From an uncultured Campylobacterales bacterium (GTDB taxonomy: Bacteria > Campylobacterota > Campylobacteria > Campylobacterales > Arcobacteraceae): a DNA stretch of 64,000 nt. A program made the translations under genes and the position numbers. The stretch covers positions 23,929-87,928 of the forward strand of contig CALKDR010000013.1 in the NCBI GenBank assembly GCA_938084175.1, given 5' to 3'. The notes under the pieces were generated by a model that was not told the DNA's origin, did no database searches, and worked only from the letters and a program-made list of their open reading frames with translations. This document shows, piece after piece, positions 9,565 through 19,098 of the stretch (position 1 is its first letter; each line of letters begins with the position of its first letter).

Positions 9565-10101
9565 CTAGTTTTTCTCTATCTTGCATTTTTTTGCAGCTTT
9601 TGTACCTTTAATATCTTTAGCTGCAAACCCAATAGCTTTTTGACCTTTTTCATGTGCTATGTATAAAGCTCTTTTTAAATGAAACTTTTGAGAAACGATA
9701 ATATAGTCATCTAAAGCAAAAACTTCTTTTGCTCTTACGATTGAATCAAAAGTTCTAAATCCAGCAAAATCTCTTGTAATATTTAAAGCAGGAACTCCTG
9801 CTTTTATTAGATCTTTATACATAGAAGTAACTTCATCATAATAAGTACTTTTATCTCCTGATACAACTATTGCATCTATCTTTTTAGCTTTCCATAATTT
9901 TACGGCAGCTTTTATACGATAAGTATAAAAATAGTTCTGCTTTCCTTTAGCTATATATTTTGCAGTCCCGAGAACTAATGCAGCTTTTTTTGAAGGAACT
10001 TTCTTAATATCTAAATATATTGAAGACTCATTTGCAAAAACAATAAATGATGAACTTGTTAATAATAAAAGTATTATAAATATTTTAGAAAAACTATTCA
10101 T
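9565..10101 (-). CDS. sanA: SanA/YdcF (DUF218) family protein with 3' frameshift
   Basis: 'ALVLGT', 'VSGD', 'DFAGFRTFDSIVRAKEVF', 'SQKFHLKRALY'; conserved tail 'REKLAQIKAFLD..PKVLG' lies in another frame after an A7 run. Confidence 0.8.
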   Translation of the reverse strand: MNSFSKIFIILLLLTSSSFIVFANESSIYLDIKKVPSKKAALVLGTAKYIAKGKQNYFYTYRIKAAVKLWKAKKIDAIVVSGDKSTYYDEVTSMYKDLIKAGVPALNITRDFAGFRTFDSIVRAKEVFALDDYIIVSQKFHLKRALYIAHEKGQKAIGFAAKDIKGTKAAKKCKIEKN

Positions 10102-10113
10102 TAAATATTTTTA

Positions 10114-11061
10114 TTATTTCCAGTTTTTTGTCCATTCTTTTTGTTCATCTTTTGTAAGAAAAGTCCAAATTACAATTCTAGATATTTTTTGTCCATGTTG
10201 CATATCTATTGTGTCATATGAAGTTGGTTTAATTTCATCTAAAACATCATAAATATAAGGAAGGTTTCCTTTTTTCGAAACAATTGTAGTAAACCAAAAA
10301 CAGTTTTTAGCATACTTCTTACTTTGTCTCATCATAGCTTTTATAAATGCAACTTCTCCACCTTTACACCATAATTCATTGCTTTTCCCACCAAAATTTA
10401 AAGAAGCTTTTTCTGCAACTTGTTTTGTAAGATTTGAAATTTTTCTTTTATTTCCAGCTATTGCTGCTTCTTGTGTTTTATGAAAAGGAGGATTACATAA
10501 TGTAAAATCAAATCTATCATCTTCTTTTATAATTCCTGTAAAAATACTATCATGATTTAATTGCAACCTACACTCTACTTTTCCCTTTAAAGAAGGATTA
10601 AAGTTCACAATATTTTGTGAAGAATCAAGAGATTCTTGTTCTATATCAGAACCTACAAACTCCCAACCATAAACGCTGTTACCAATAATAGGATAAATAC
10701 AGTTTGAACCAATTCCAATATCTAAACCTTTTATTTGAGAACCTTTGGGAAGTACTGATTTTGTATTTTCTGCTAATAAATCAGCAATATAGTGTATATA
10801 ATCAGCACGACCTGGAATTGGAGGACAAAGGTAGCCTTCAGGAATTTCGTATTTTTTAATTCCATAGAAATGAGCTAAGAGAGCCTTGTTTAGACAAAGT
10901 ACGGCTTGTGCATTTGCAAAATCTACTGATAAATCACCATGTTTATTTTCAGAAACATAATCACCAAGTTTTGGAAAACTTTTTATAAGTTCAGGAAAGT
11001 CATATCTGTTGTTGTGAGGATTACGTTTGTGTAAACCTTTTTTATTTTCTTTGTGTGCCAT
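10114..11061 (-). CDS. rlmF: 23S rRNA m6A1618 methyltransferase
   Basis: 'LHKRNPH..YDF', 'YLCPPIPGRADYIH', 'LDIGIGSNCIYP', 'CNPPFH', 'ELWCKGGE'. Confidence 0.95.
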   Translation of the reverse strand: MAHKENKKGLHKRNPHNNRYDFPELIKSFPKLGDYVSENKHGDLSVDFANAQAVLCLNKALLAHFYGIKKYEIPEGYLCPPIPGRADYIHYIADLLAENTKSVLPKGSQIKGLDIGIGSNCIYPIIGNSVYGWEFVGSDIEQESLDSSQNIVNFNPSLKGKVECRLQLNHDSIFTGIIKEDDRFDFTLCNPPFHKTQEAAIAGNKRKISNLTKQVAEKASLNFGGKSNELWCKGGEVAFIKAMMRQSKKYAKNCFWFTTIVSKKGNLPYIYDVLDEIKPTSYDTIDMQHGQKISRIVIWTFLTKDEQKEWTKNWK

Positions 11062-11182
11062 AATATTATCTTCTGTGTGAATTTTTAGTATTGTACAATG
11101 ATATTTCTAATTTTAATTGAATTTAGTCTTTATCTAATATGAATTAGGTACAATAATAAATAATTTATATAAAAGAGAAGAT

Positions 11183-11668
11183 GTGCCAAAAGCAAAATTA
11201 AAAAAAGTTTTACCTACTCATGCAAAAATCAAAGAATTCAAAATATTGAAAATCTTTGGGAAATTACTGCATAAAAGAGAAATCTGGAGTCTATCAAGAA
11301 AAAAGATTCTTGGTGGAGTTTTCATAGGTATGCTCGTAGCTTTTATTCCTATGCCATTTCAAATGGTTTTAGTAGCTTTCCTAGCAATTTTATTTAAGGT
11401 AAATTTTCCAATAACTCTACCCTTAGTATGGATTACAAATCCATTTACCATGCCTTTTATTTACTATATAGAGTATGAAATAGGTAATTTTGTTTTAAAT
11501 GTTAAAGACCCTATTGTGTTTAGTTTTGAAACTATGAATGAAAATATAGGTGAAATTGCACTATCTTTATATACAGGAACTTTTTTTGTTTCAATTATTA
11601 GTGCTTTTACTTCTGTTTTTATTATAAATCTATTATGGATTAAAGCTGTAAAAGATAAACGTAAATAA
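11183..11668 (+). CDS. DUF2062 family membrane protein
   Basis: 'IPMPFQM', 'VWITNPFTMP' motifs. Confidence 0.85.
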   Translation: MPKAKLKKVLPTHAKIKEFKILKIFGKLLHKREIWSLSRKKILGGVFIGMLVAFIPMPFQMVLVAFLAILFKVNFPITLPLVWITNPFTMPFIYYIEYEIGNFVLNVKDPIVFSFETMNENIGEIALSLYTGTFFVSIISAFTSVFIINLLWIKAVKDKRK

Positions 11669-11682
11669 ATAAAGGTGTCTTT

Positions 11683-12072
11683 GTGTCAATTTTTACTTTA
11701 CAATCACTAGCAGGAGGATTTCTAGATGAAGATTTAGAACACTTTAACAAATATTTTGATGATTGGTGTATACAATTTGAGACTTATGATGATGCTATAG
11801 ATATAGTACAAACATTAGAGAATCAAGAATCTATTGATATTGTTGAAATAACACCATTGAGCTATCCAAAATATTTCTTTACATCGCTTAAAGGTACTAT
11901 TTATGCAACACGTCAAATTGAAGATAAAATAATTTGTGTTGTTGAACCATATATGGGTTCTAGTTTTAAAATAGCAATTTGTAATTTAAAAACAAAAGAC
12001 GTAAGAATAACAAAAACTAACTATAAAAATATTCCAAGTATTGAGGGAGCTTTTGCTAACTTTGGTGAATAA
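11683..12072 (+). CDS. Hypothetical protein
   Basis: Intact 129-aa ORF with AAGG SD, 14 nt after the DUF2062 gene. Confidence 0.7.
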   Translation: MSIFTLQSLAGGFLDEDLEHFNKYFDDWCIQFETYDDAIDIVQTLENQESIDIVEITPLSYPKYFFTSLKGTIYATRQIEDKIICVVEPYMGSSFKIAICNLKTKDVRITKTNYKNIPSIEGAFANFGE

Positions 12073-12436
12073 CTAATCTTAATTATTCATTTTTCATTCT
12101 AACTTGATTACGACCATTTTCTTTTGCTTCATAAAGTGATTTTATTAAATTGTGATAATATTACTATGTTCCCTATTGTTGTGGGTTTAAGAAAAAAAGA
12201 TGTGATTTTAAAGCGATTAGATTCACTAAACGATACTTTTGAGATTTTAGAAAAAAAAGACCTTAACCCAAATCTATGAGTTTATAACTTATTGTCATCA
12301 AAAGCATTCTAAAACAATTATTTTGTCAAATGAGAATACGGATAACATAGATTACTTTGATAAAAAAGATATAAAAGACAAGTTAGTAAATGAGATATTA
12401 AAAAGAATTGAAAAGTAGTAAAAATAAAGAAGACAA

Positions 12437-13066
12437 ATGAACCTAGAAAAATTAAAAGATTTAGAATCAGAGTTTTTAGAAACTTATCCTGAAGGATTTA
12501 AAGATGAGAGTTTTTTTCCTTCAATACAAAAGTTTAATCCCCAAAAACTAGAAGACTTTGCAAGAGATGTACTAAAAAAAGAAAACTTTGAAAATCCAAA
12601 TTTATTTGTTGAAGGTTTTTTTAAAACAGTTCAAAAATCTGTCATGGTTTCATTATTTGACAAATTAAAATTAAAAGATGCAATTGCAAGTTTGAATTCA
12701 TACGAAAAAGATATGCTAAGTATTGAGATATTTGAGTTTTTATATGGCAATAAAAAAGATGGATTTGAAGGTTTAGTAGAGTTCTTAGCCCAATATAATT
12801 TGGCAAAATGGACAATTATTAGTGTATGTGCATATTGTATAAATAGACACAGTGAGTATTTTATCAAACCAACTACCACAAAAATGATAATTAAATACTT
12901 TGAACTTGAAGACTTAATATATAAACCAAAACCTAGTTTTAAGTTTTATGAAAAATACGCAAAAGCTCTAGATAAAATGAAAGAAAATCTAGATGACTCA
13001 CTCACATTTGATAATGTAGCTTTTACAAGCTTTTTAAAAATTGCGATTGAGTTTGACAAGGCTTGA
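12437..13066 (+). CDS. Hypothetical protein
   Basis: Intact 209-aa ORF; 'LAKWTII..FIKPTTTK..YKPKPS..FY' looks like a conserved family motif but function not recognised. Confidence 0.7.
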   Translation: MNLEKLKDLESEFLETYPEGFKDESFFPSIQKFNPQKLEDFARDVLKKENFENPNLFVEGFFKTVQKSVMVSLFDKLKLKDAIASLNSYEKDMLSIEIFEFLYGNKKDGFEGLVEFLAQYNLAKWTIISVCAYCINRHSEYFIKPTTTKMIIKYFELEDLIYKPKPSFKFYEKYAKALDKMKENLDDSLTFDNVAFTSFLKIAIEFDKA

Positions 13067-13076
13067 TATAAAGAGC

Positions 13077-14783
13077 TTAAATAAGAACCATTTTTATATC
13101 ATCATAAGATATTTCTTCTTCTAACTTCACAAAAATTGGTTTTAATTTTACTTTTCCATCTTCTGAGAAATCATCAATATTATTTGTATTTTCTATTTCA
13201 TTAATTGCTTTTTTCACTTTATTTATAGTGCTCAAATTTGGCATATATTTTGATATATCAAAGTTTGGTTCTTCTTCTTTAATTGTTGATAAATGCTTCA
13301 TAATAGTAGAAACAGAAAAACCTGCACTTTTTGCAAGTACTGCAAGTGTAGAAGAAGTCTCAATAAGATTTTTAGTTTTTATATGATTTGCTACTTTTTC
13401 TTCTATTATTGCTTCTTTAACTAACTCTTCTTTTTCTTTGTCTATTGCTTTTTGGTCAATAAGACCACCTAACTTTTCTATGTATGATAGATTGATAAGT
13501 TCTAATTGTTTTTCATCATTAGATTCTATTTTATCAGATGCTTTTTGTGAAGCTTGTTTTATTCTAGGATCAATGCTCAAAATTAGTGGATCTACAGATA
13601 AAGCTTTTTCATTAAAGCCCATTAATCGTAAACCTTCAATATTTTTGATTCTTGATAATGCAACATAACCTTGCCCTACTTCAAAAGTCTTTGATAAATC
13701 AATCTGAGCAGCATCTAAAGTCATACCTTGGGATTTATGAATAGTAATAGCCCACGCAAGTTTTAGAGGTATCTGTGAGATTTTAGCTGACACTTTTCCT
13801 TTATCATTTTCAATAGACCAATCTTCATACTCTACTTTTATTACATAACCATTTGATAGTTTTACAATTGGAAGTTTTTTATCATCTTTTGAAAAATCAA
13901 TAACAACACCTGTAGTACCATTTATATAGTATTTTTCTGGATTGTTTTTGATAAACATAACTACTGCATCTTTTTTTAGCGTTAGTTCTTCTTGAACTAA
14001 TGCGGATTTAAAAAGCTTTTCAATATTTGATTTGGCTCCTTCACTTTCATAATTAAAAGAAACAGAAGTAGAATCAAGCCTAGATAGTTCATCTTTGTTG
14101 ATTCTATCTACATCCATATTATGTGTATAAAGCTTTGTAGGCGTAAATTCTATGTCTAAATCTTTTTGATGTCTTTCATTTAAAATATCATAACTTGTTT
14201 GAGATATTTGCCCTGATCTTATTTCATCTAATACAAAAATCAGTTGATTATCATCTTGTCTAAACTTCTTTTCTAAATAACAAGTTTGTAAATCAAGATT
14301 TTTCCAAGAAGGACTTTGCCATGCAAATCTTTTGGAGTTATTTAATTGTGAAATTGGAGGCAACTGGAAAAAATCTCCCGAAAGTATTACTTGAACTCCA
14401 CCAAAGGCTTCATCACTTTGTTTAAAAGCTTGGAGAATTTTATCAATTGCAGTAAATACGTTTGGACTTACCATAGATATCTCATCTATGATTAAAACTT
14501 TTAGTTTTTTAAATCTTGTTTGCAAATACTTTTTTTCTAAAAGTAAAGAAATAAAATATTCATCAATACTATCTCTAATTCCTAAAGCAAAGAAAGAGTG
14601 AATAGTCTGACCATTTAAATGTGAAGCAGCAATACCAGTAGGAGCTACAACTGTAGGAACAACTTTCCTTGATTTTAAATATAAAATATATTCATTTAAA
14701 ATATATGTTTTACCAGTACCAGCTGACCCTGTTAAAAAAACATTTTGACCAGTTTTTAGTATTTTAAGTGCTGTTTCTTGCAT
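13077..14783 (-). CDS. Pif1-like SF1B DNA helicase with C-terminal helical extension
   Basis: 'TGSAGTGKT', 'APTGIAA', 'IDEISM', 'GDFFQLPP', 'QIPLKLAWAITIHKSQGMTLD', 'GQGYVALSR'. Confidence 0.92.
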   Translation of the reverse strand: MQETALKILKTGQNVFLTGSAGTGKTYILNEYILYLKSRKVVPTVVAPTGIAASHLNGQTIHSFFALGIRDSIDEYFISLLLEKKYLQTRFKKLKVLIIDEISMVSPNVFTAIDKILQAFKQSDEAFGGVQVILSGDFFQLPPISQLNNSKRFAWQSPSWKNLDLQTCYLEKKFRQDDNQLIFVLDEIRSGQISQTSYDILNERHQKDLDIEFTPTKLYTHNMDVDRINKDELSRLDSTSVSFNYESEGAKSNIEKLFKSALVQEELTLKKDAVVMFIKNNPEKYYINGTTGVVIDFSKDDKKLPIVKLSNGYVIKVEYEDWSIENDKGKVSAKISQIPLKLAWAITIHKSQGMTLDAAQIDLSKTFEVGQGYVALSRIKNIEGLRLMGFNEKALSVDPLILSIDPRIKQASQKASDKIESNDEKQLELINLSYIEKLGGLIDQKAIDKEKEELVKEAIIEEKVANHIKTKNLIETSSTLAVLAKSAGFSVSTIMKHLSTIKEEEPNFDISKYMPNLSTINKVKKAINEIENTNNIDDFSEDGKVKLKPIFVKLEEEISYDDIKMVLI

Positions 14784-14827
14784 TGATTACCTATTTAGAT
14801 ATTTTATTAGAATAATAGCGTATTGAA

Positions 14828-15901
14828 TTAAAAATTACCCATTAACTTATCACTTACGCTGAAATAATCAGTCAAATACTCATCATTTATTTCTGATAAA
14901 ATTTCATTACTTTTAATAAGGTCTTCATTTGATGTGATAATAGTTTGAATACCAATTGTATCTAATTGATGAATTGCATTATAAATACCTTTTTCATAAT
15001 TATTTTCTTCTGTATCAAAAGGGCTATCAAAGGCTACAAATTTGATAAGTCTTTTTTGCGAATAAACCTCTGCTAATGCAGCAGCAAAAATGAAAGATAA
15101 AAGTTTTTGTTTTGTAGTATCATTTACTTCTTCATCATCTTTTACTTTAAGACTAAATTCTATATCATCGCAAGAATTGAAATTAATTGAAAAAGTCACT
15201 TCTTTATCTAATACAATTTTTCCATATTTAGCAATACTATTTTTAAATCTATCTATAAAATAGCTGTTGATTAATGTTTTGTTTTCTTCGATAACTTTTT
15301 CTAAATCACTTTGTGTATTTTCTAAAGTTTTTGATTCAATGTCTTCTTTTTTGATTAGTTTATCTAGCTCATATTTCTTTCTTATTTTACGACCATCAAT
15401 CCCTAAAAGACTTGATATAAGTGTTTTGTATTCTATTTCATGTGAAGAAGATTGCTTATTTAGTATAAATACATCACTTTGATTATTTTCTTCTCTTAGA
15501 AAATATGTTATATATGTTCTGAATTTATTTATAGAATAATTAACTTTATTTTCAAAAAAAGATTTAGCGATACCTATACTTCCTTTTTTATCAAATTTCT
15601 TTTCATCCAATAGCATTGACTTTTGTTTTGTAATTTTTAATTCTATATTTTTGCCAGGAATAGTAGGTCTTTTAATCGTAATATATCTATTTGAAGCAAT
15701 TTGAAGTTCTATATAAAAAATATAATCTTTAAAGTGTTCGTGTCCTAAAAAGTTTTTATCGCCTAATAAACAAAAGTCTATTAGTTTAAAAAGACTAGTT
15801 TTTCCTACACCATTATCTTTTGAGAGTATAAAATTTATACCTTTGTCAAATTCTATGGTTTTAAAATTTTCATTGTTTGCATATATTTTTGATATTTTCA
15901 T
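14828..15901 (-). CDS. DUF2326-type ABC/SMC-like ATPase, shortened coiled coil
   Basis: N-terminus 'KISKIYAN..IEFDKGINFIL..NGVGKTSLFKLIDFCLLG', 'FRTYITYFLR', Walker B-like 'FVAFDSPF'. Confidence 0.7.
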   Translation of the reverse strand: MKISKIYANNENFKTIEFDKGINFILSKDNGVGKTSLFKLIDFCLLGDKNFLGHEHFKDYIFYIELQIASNRYITIKRPTIPGKNIELKITKQKSMLLDEKKFDKKGSIGIAKSFFENKVNYSINKFRTYITYFLREENNQSDVFILNKQSSSHEIEYKTLISSLLGIDGRKIRKKYELDKLIKKEDIESKTLENTQSDLEKVIEENKTLINSYFIDRFKNSIAKYGKIVLDKEVTFSINFNSCDDIEFSLKVKDDEEVNDTTKQKLLSFIFAAALAEVYSQKRLIKFVAFDSPFDTEENNYEKGIYNAIHQLDTIGIQTIITSNEDLIKSNEILSEINDEYLTDYFSVSDKLMGNF

Positions 15902-16025
15902 TTATGATTCCTTGTTTATGTATTATATCTAGAATATTTTAATCTTTTAAATAAACCAAGTCTTAATGATACTTAGTTTTTAGGTATCATTCTTACTGTA
16001 ATTACTTAGTAAAAAAGATAAAGAA

Positions 16026-16112
16026 GTGAAAGTAAATATTCCAGGAAAAGAAGAAATAGAAATTCAAAACATTGTATTTGATTATAACGGTACGATTGCA
16101 ATTGATGGTTAA
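16026..16112 (+). pseudogene. N-terminal fragment of a HAD-family hydrolase
   Basis: 'VNIPGKEEIEIQNIVFDYNGTIAIDG*' (HAD motif I) truncated after 28 codons. Confidence 0.65.
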
Positions 16113-16132
16113 TCAATTGAAGGGATTAAAAA

Positions 16133-16380
16133 AAGTCATTAGATGCAACAATTAGAGCAAGAGCTGATAATAATCTTAAAAAAGATGTAGAACATATTTT
16201 TGATAAACTTGGGATTAACAAATCTCAGGCAATAAATATGTTTCTAAAAAGAGTTAAATACGAAAATGGAATTCCTTTTGAACTAAAAATTCCAAATGAT
16301 AAAACTATTCAAGCCATGAATGAAGCAAAAAAATCTTATAGGTGAAGAAACTACACTAGAAGAACTTTCTTTTAGATATT
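16133..16380 (+). pseudogene. RelB/DinJ-family antitoxin remnant, no toxin
   Basis: 'LDATIRARADNNLKKDVEHIFDKLGINKSQAINMFLKRVKYENGIPFELKIPNDKTIQAM'; no ATG (AAG TCA TTA), A-run frameshift near the 3' end. Confidence 0.75.
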
Positions 16381-16728
16381 CGTACACTTTTTTATTAATT
16401 GAATTAAATACAAAATAACAAACATGAAAAAAATTGGATTAATGGAGCAGGACAAGGCATGATAATGGACAACAATGATTTTTAAATCTACAACTAGAAA
16501 TTGTCAAGTTCCATCCGAAAATAAAACAAGGTGTAGTACGAAAGTGTAGCACTTAGAAACAACAATTTATTAGAAATATCTAACAATCCTGCTTCTCTTT
16601 TTTGTTCAATATACAGTTTTCACCTAAACATTTGTTTAGTAAAGTTGGTAAATAAAATCCTTATTCTTATTTTAGACACTGTATCTAAAATATTTAATTT
16701 TGAATAATTGATTAAAACCTCTTCTTTC

Positions 16729-19098
16729 CTACACCTCCACAACACTCTCAAACATCTCTTTAATCTCAATCTCATGAGATATCAAAAATATCTGTCTATA
16801 CTGTTCTTTTATAGTATGAAAAGCTTCTAGTATTTCTAAACGTCTTTGCTCATCTTGACTTCCAAAAACTTCATCAAAAGCTAGAAACCCTACACTCCTT
16901 GTACCGCTTAGTTCTGCTAGTGTTTTTGAGATTGCTATTCGTAAAACTAAATTTGCTAGGTCTACTTCACCACCTGAGAATCTTTCTATTGGGTATTTTT
17001 TACCTTCATCATAGATAAAAAAATCAAAGTCATTTGATACTTCTATATGTTGGTACTTTCCTTTTGTGATAAGTGCGTACATATTTGAAGCAAAGCTTGA
17101 TATTCTTGGTGCTACTTTTGAGTTTAGTTTTGTTTTAAACTCTCCTAGACTTATTTTTATTTTATCGTAATCTTTTAGGTCGTCTTTTTTATTTTGTACT
17201 TTTGCCAGTTGTTTAGCATTATCATCTAGGCTTTGCTGTATTGTTTGTGCTTGTCCGTTTATTGTGGCTATTTGTACTTTTAGATTATTTAAAATACTTG
17301 ATTGTTCTTCTTTTTGTTTTTTAACCTCATCGAATTGTTTTTCTTTTTCTTTGTGTTTTACCTCATCGTAGTTTACTTGCTTGTATTCTAATTCTAAAAC
17401 ATCATACTTTTTACTTAGGTCGTTTATTGTAAGAGTTACTATATTTAAATCATCTTGCACTTTATCTAAACGTAAAAGCATAGTTTCTAAAGCTAGTACA
17501 TTTTCATATTTTGCTTTTAATTCTTTTTGTTTTTCTAGTGCCGTTTCATGTGATGCTTTATCATAGACAAAAGAGCTTAGTTTTTCTAGTTCGCTTTTAT
17601 TCTTAAGTCCATGTGCTTTTACTTTATCAAAATATTTTTCTTCTTTTAGTAAGTCTCTCTTCTTACTTTCAATTAGATTTATACTTTTAGAGATTACAAA
17701 GAAGTCATGATTTACTATAGAGAACTTCTCTTCTTCTTTTACTCTATTGTCAGCTAATACTTGAAGTTCTTCTTGAAGTTTCTCTATTCTCTCACGTTTA
17801 CTTTGTTTTACTATATCTTCTAAACTTGTAAGTACATTATCATACTCATCTAGTAGTGGTCTTGTACATGTAGGACAGTTTGATTCACGTCCAAGTTCTT
17901 TTATTCTTTCTATCTTGATATTTGTATCTGCTATTAGCTTATTTTCACCCGCTATTTTTTGCTCATAACTCTTTTCTTCTTGTAGCTTTTTGTTTATTTG
18001 TTCTTTATACTCTACTATATGCTTTTCTAACTCTTTTTCTTTTTCTATTAGAGCTTTGTGTTCTTTTGTTTCTTCTACTAGCTTTGTAATACTATCTTTT
18101 GATTTTGTATACTGTTCTCTTAAACTAACCTGCTCTAGTAACAAACCTTCTTTTCTTATATGGTGTTCTTTTAGTTTCTCTTGTTCTTTTATAGTGTCAT
18201 GAACTTTTGTGTACTCTTCTTTTATATGATCAAAGCCTTTTAATTCTTTTTGCTTTTGTTTTAAAGTATTTACGTCATCGTTTAATTTAGCTTGATTTCT
18301 TATATGTGTATTTATACTGTTTTTTAATATCTCACACTGTGAAGCTAGGTTTAGTTTCTGTTCTTTTGTTTTTAAAAATAGATTTAACTCTTTTTGAATA
18401 TCAAGTTCTAGAAGTTTTGAACTATCTACTTGCTTTATTTTTTCTGCTACTTGGTTTCTTAAGTTTTTTGTTTGTTCTTTATACTCTACTATATGTGTTT
18501 TCTTAACTTCTACTTCTTCATTACTTAATAAAACTTCAGCAAAAGCCCCTATTTCTCGTTTTAGTTCACGGCTTTTTTCTATTAGCTCTTTTTCTACAAA
18601 ATCTATCTTTTCAAGACCTAGAAGTTTTCTTATCATCTTTTTTCTATCTTCTGGTTTACTATTACTTAGATTTGTTAGTTCTTTTTGAGATGCAAAGAGA
18701 GTATGTAAGAAAGCATCTATATTCATCTTAGTTAGATTTACTATAGATGTTGTTACTTCTTTGGCTCCTGTAGTTATAAGTTCATTGTTTTTATAAAACT
18801 TTGCATTAGCACTTAAAGCCTTTCCTCTAAACTCTCTACTTACTTTATAATCAATTCCTTCAAATTCAAAATCAAGCTCAACTAGTACTACATCTTTTGT
18901 AGTAGCATTTGAGTTTCTAATTATCTCTTTATAACCTTTGTTTTTAAGTTGACCGTATAGTGCAAATAGTATTGCTTCAAAGATAGTTGATTTTCCTGAA
19001 CCATTTTTTCCAATGATTCCTATAAGTCCTTCTTTAAACTCTAAAGAGTAAGATTGATATTTTTTGAAGTTTTCTAGTTTTAGTTTAGATAGTATCAT
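16729..19098 (-). CDS. sbcC: SbcC/Rad50 SMC-family ATPase
   Basis: Walker A 'GKNGSGKST', zinc hook 'CPTC', signature 'FSGGE', Walker B 'LAFDEVFGSQD', 'LISH'; start taken at MILSKLKLENF (19098). Confidence 0.9.
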   Translation of the reverse strand: MILSKLKLENFKKYQSYSLEFKEGLIGIIGKNGSGKSTIFEAILFALYGQLKNKGYKEIIRNSNATTKDVVLVELDFEFEGIDYKVSREFRGKALSANAKFYKNNELITTGAKEVTTSIVNLTKMNIDAFLHTLFASQKELTNLSNSKPEDRKKMIRKLLGLEKIDFVEKELIEKSRELKREIGAFAEVLLSNEEVEVKKTHIVEYKEQTKNLRNQVAEKIKQVDSSKLLELDIQKELNLFLKTKEQKLNLASQCEILKNSINTHIRNQAKLNDDVNTLKQKQKELKGFDHIKEEYTKVHDTIKEQEKLKEHHIRKEGLLLEQVSLREQYTKSKDSITKLVEETKEHKALIEKEKELEKHIVEYKEQINKKLQEEKSYEQKIAGENKLIADTNIKIERIKELGRESNCPTCTRPLLDEYDNVLTSLEDIVKQSKRERIEKLQEELQVLADNRVKEEEKFSIVNHDFFVISKSINLIESKKRDLLKEEKYFDKVKAHGLKNKSELEKLSSFVYDKASHETALEKQKELKAKYENVLALETMLLRLDKVQDDLNIVTLTINDLSKKYDVLELEYKQVNYDEVKHKEKEKQFDEVKKQKEEQSSILNNLKVQIATINGQAQTIQQSLDDNAKQLAKVQNKKDDLKDYDKIKISLGEFKTKLNSKVAPRISSFASNMYALITKGKYQHIEVSNDFDFFIYDEGKKYPIERFSGGEVDLANLVLRIAISKTLAELSGTRSVGFLAFDEVFGSQDEQRRLEILEAFHTIKEQYRQIFLISHEIEIKEMFESVVEV

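Noticed and set aside
12075-12430. Possible gene remnant between two hypotheticals
   Set aside because: Protein-like fragments are visible ('FITYCHQKHSKTIILSNEN..') but no family could be recognised.
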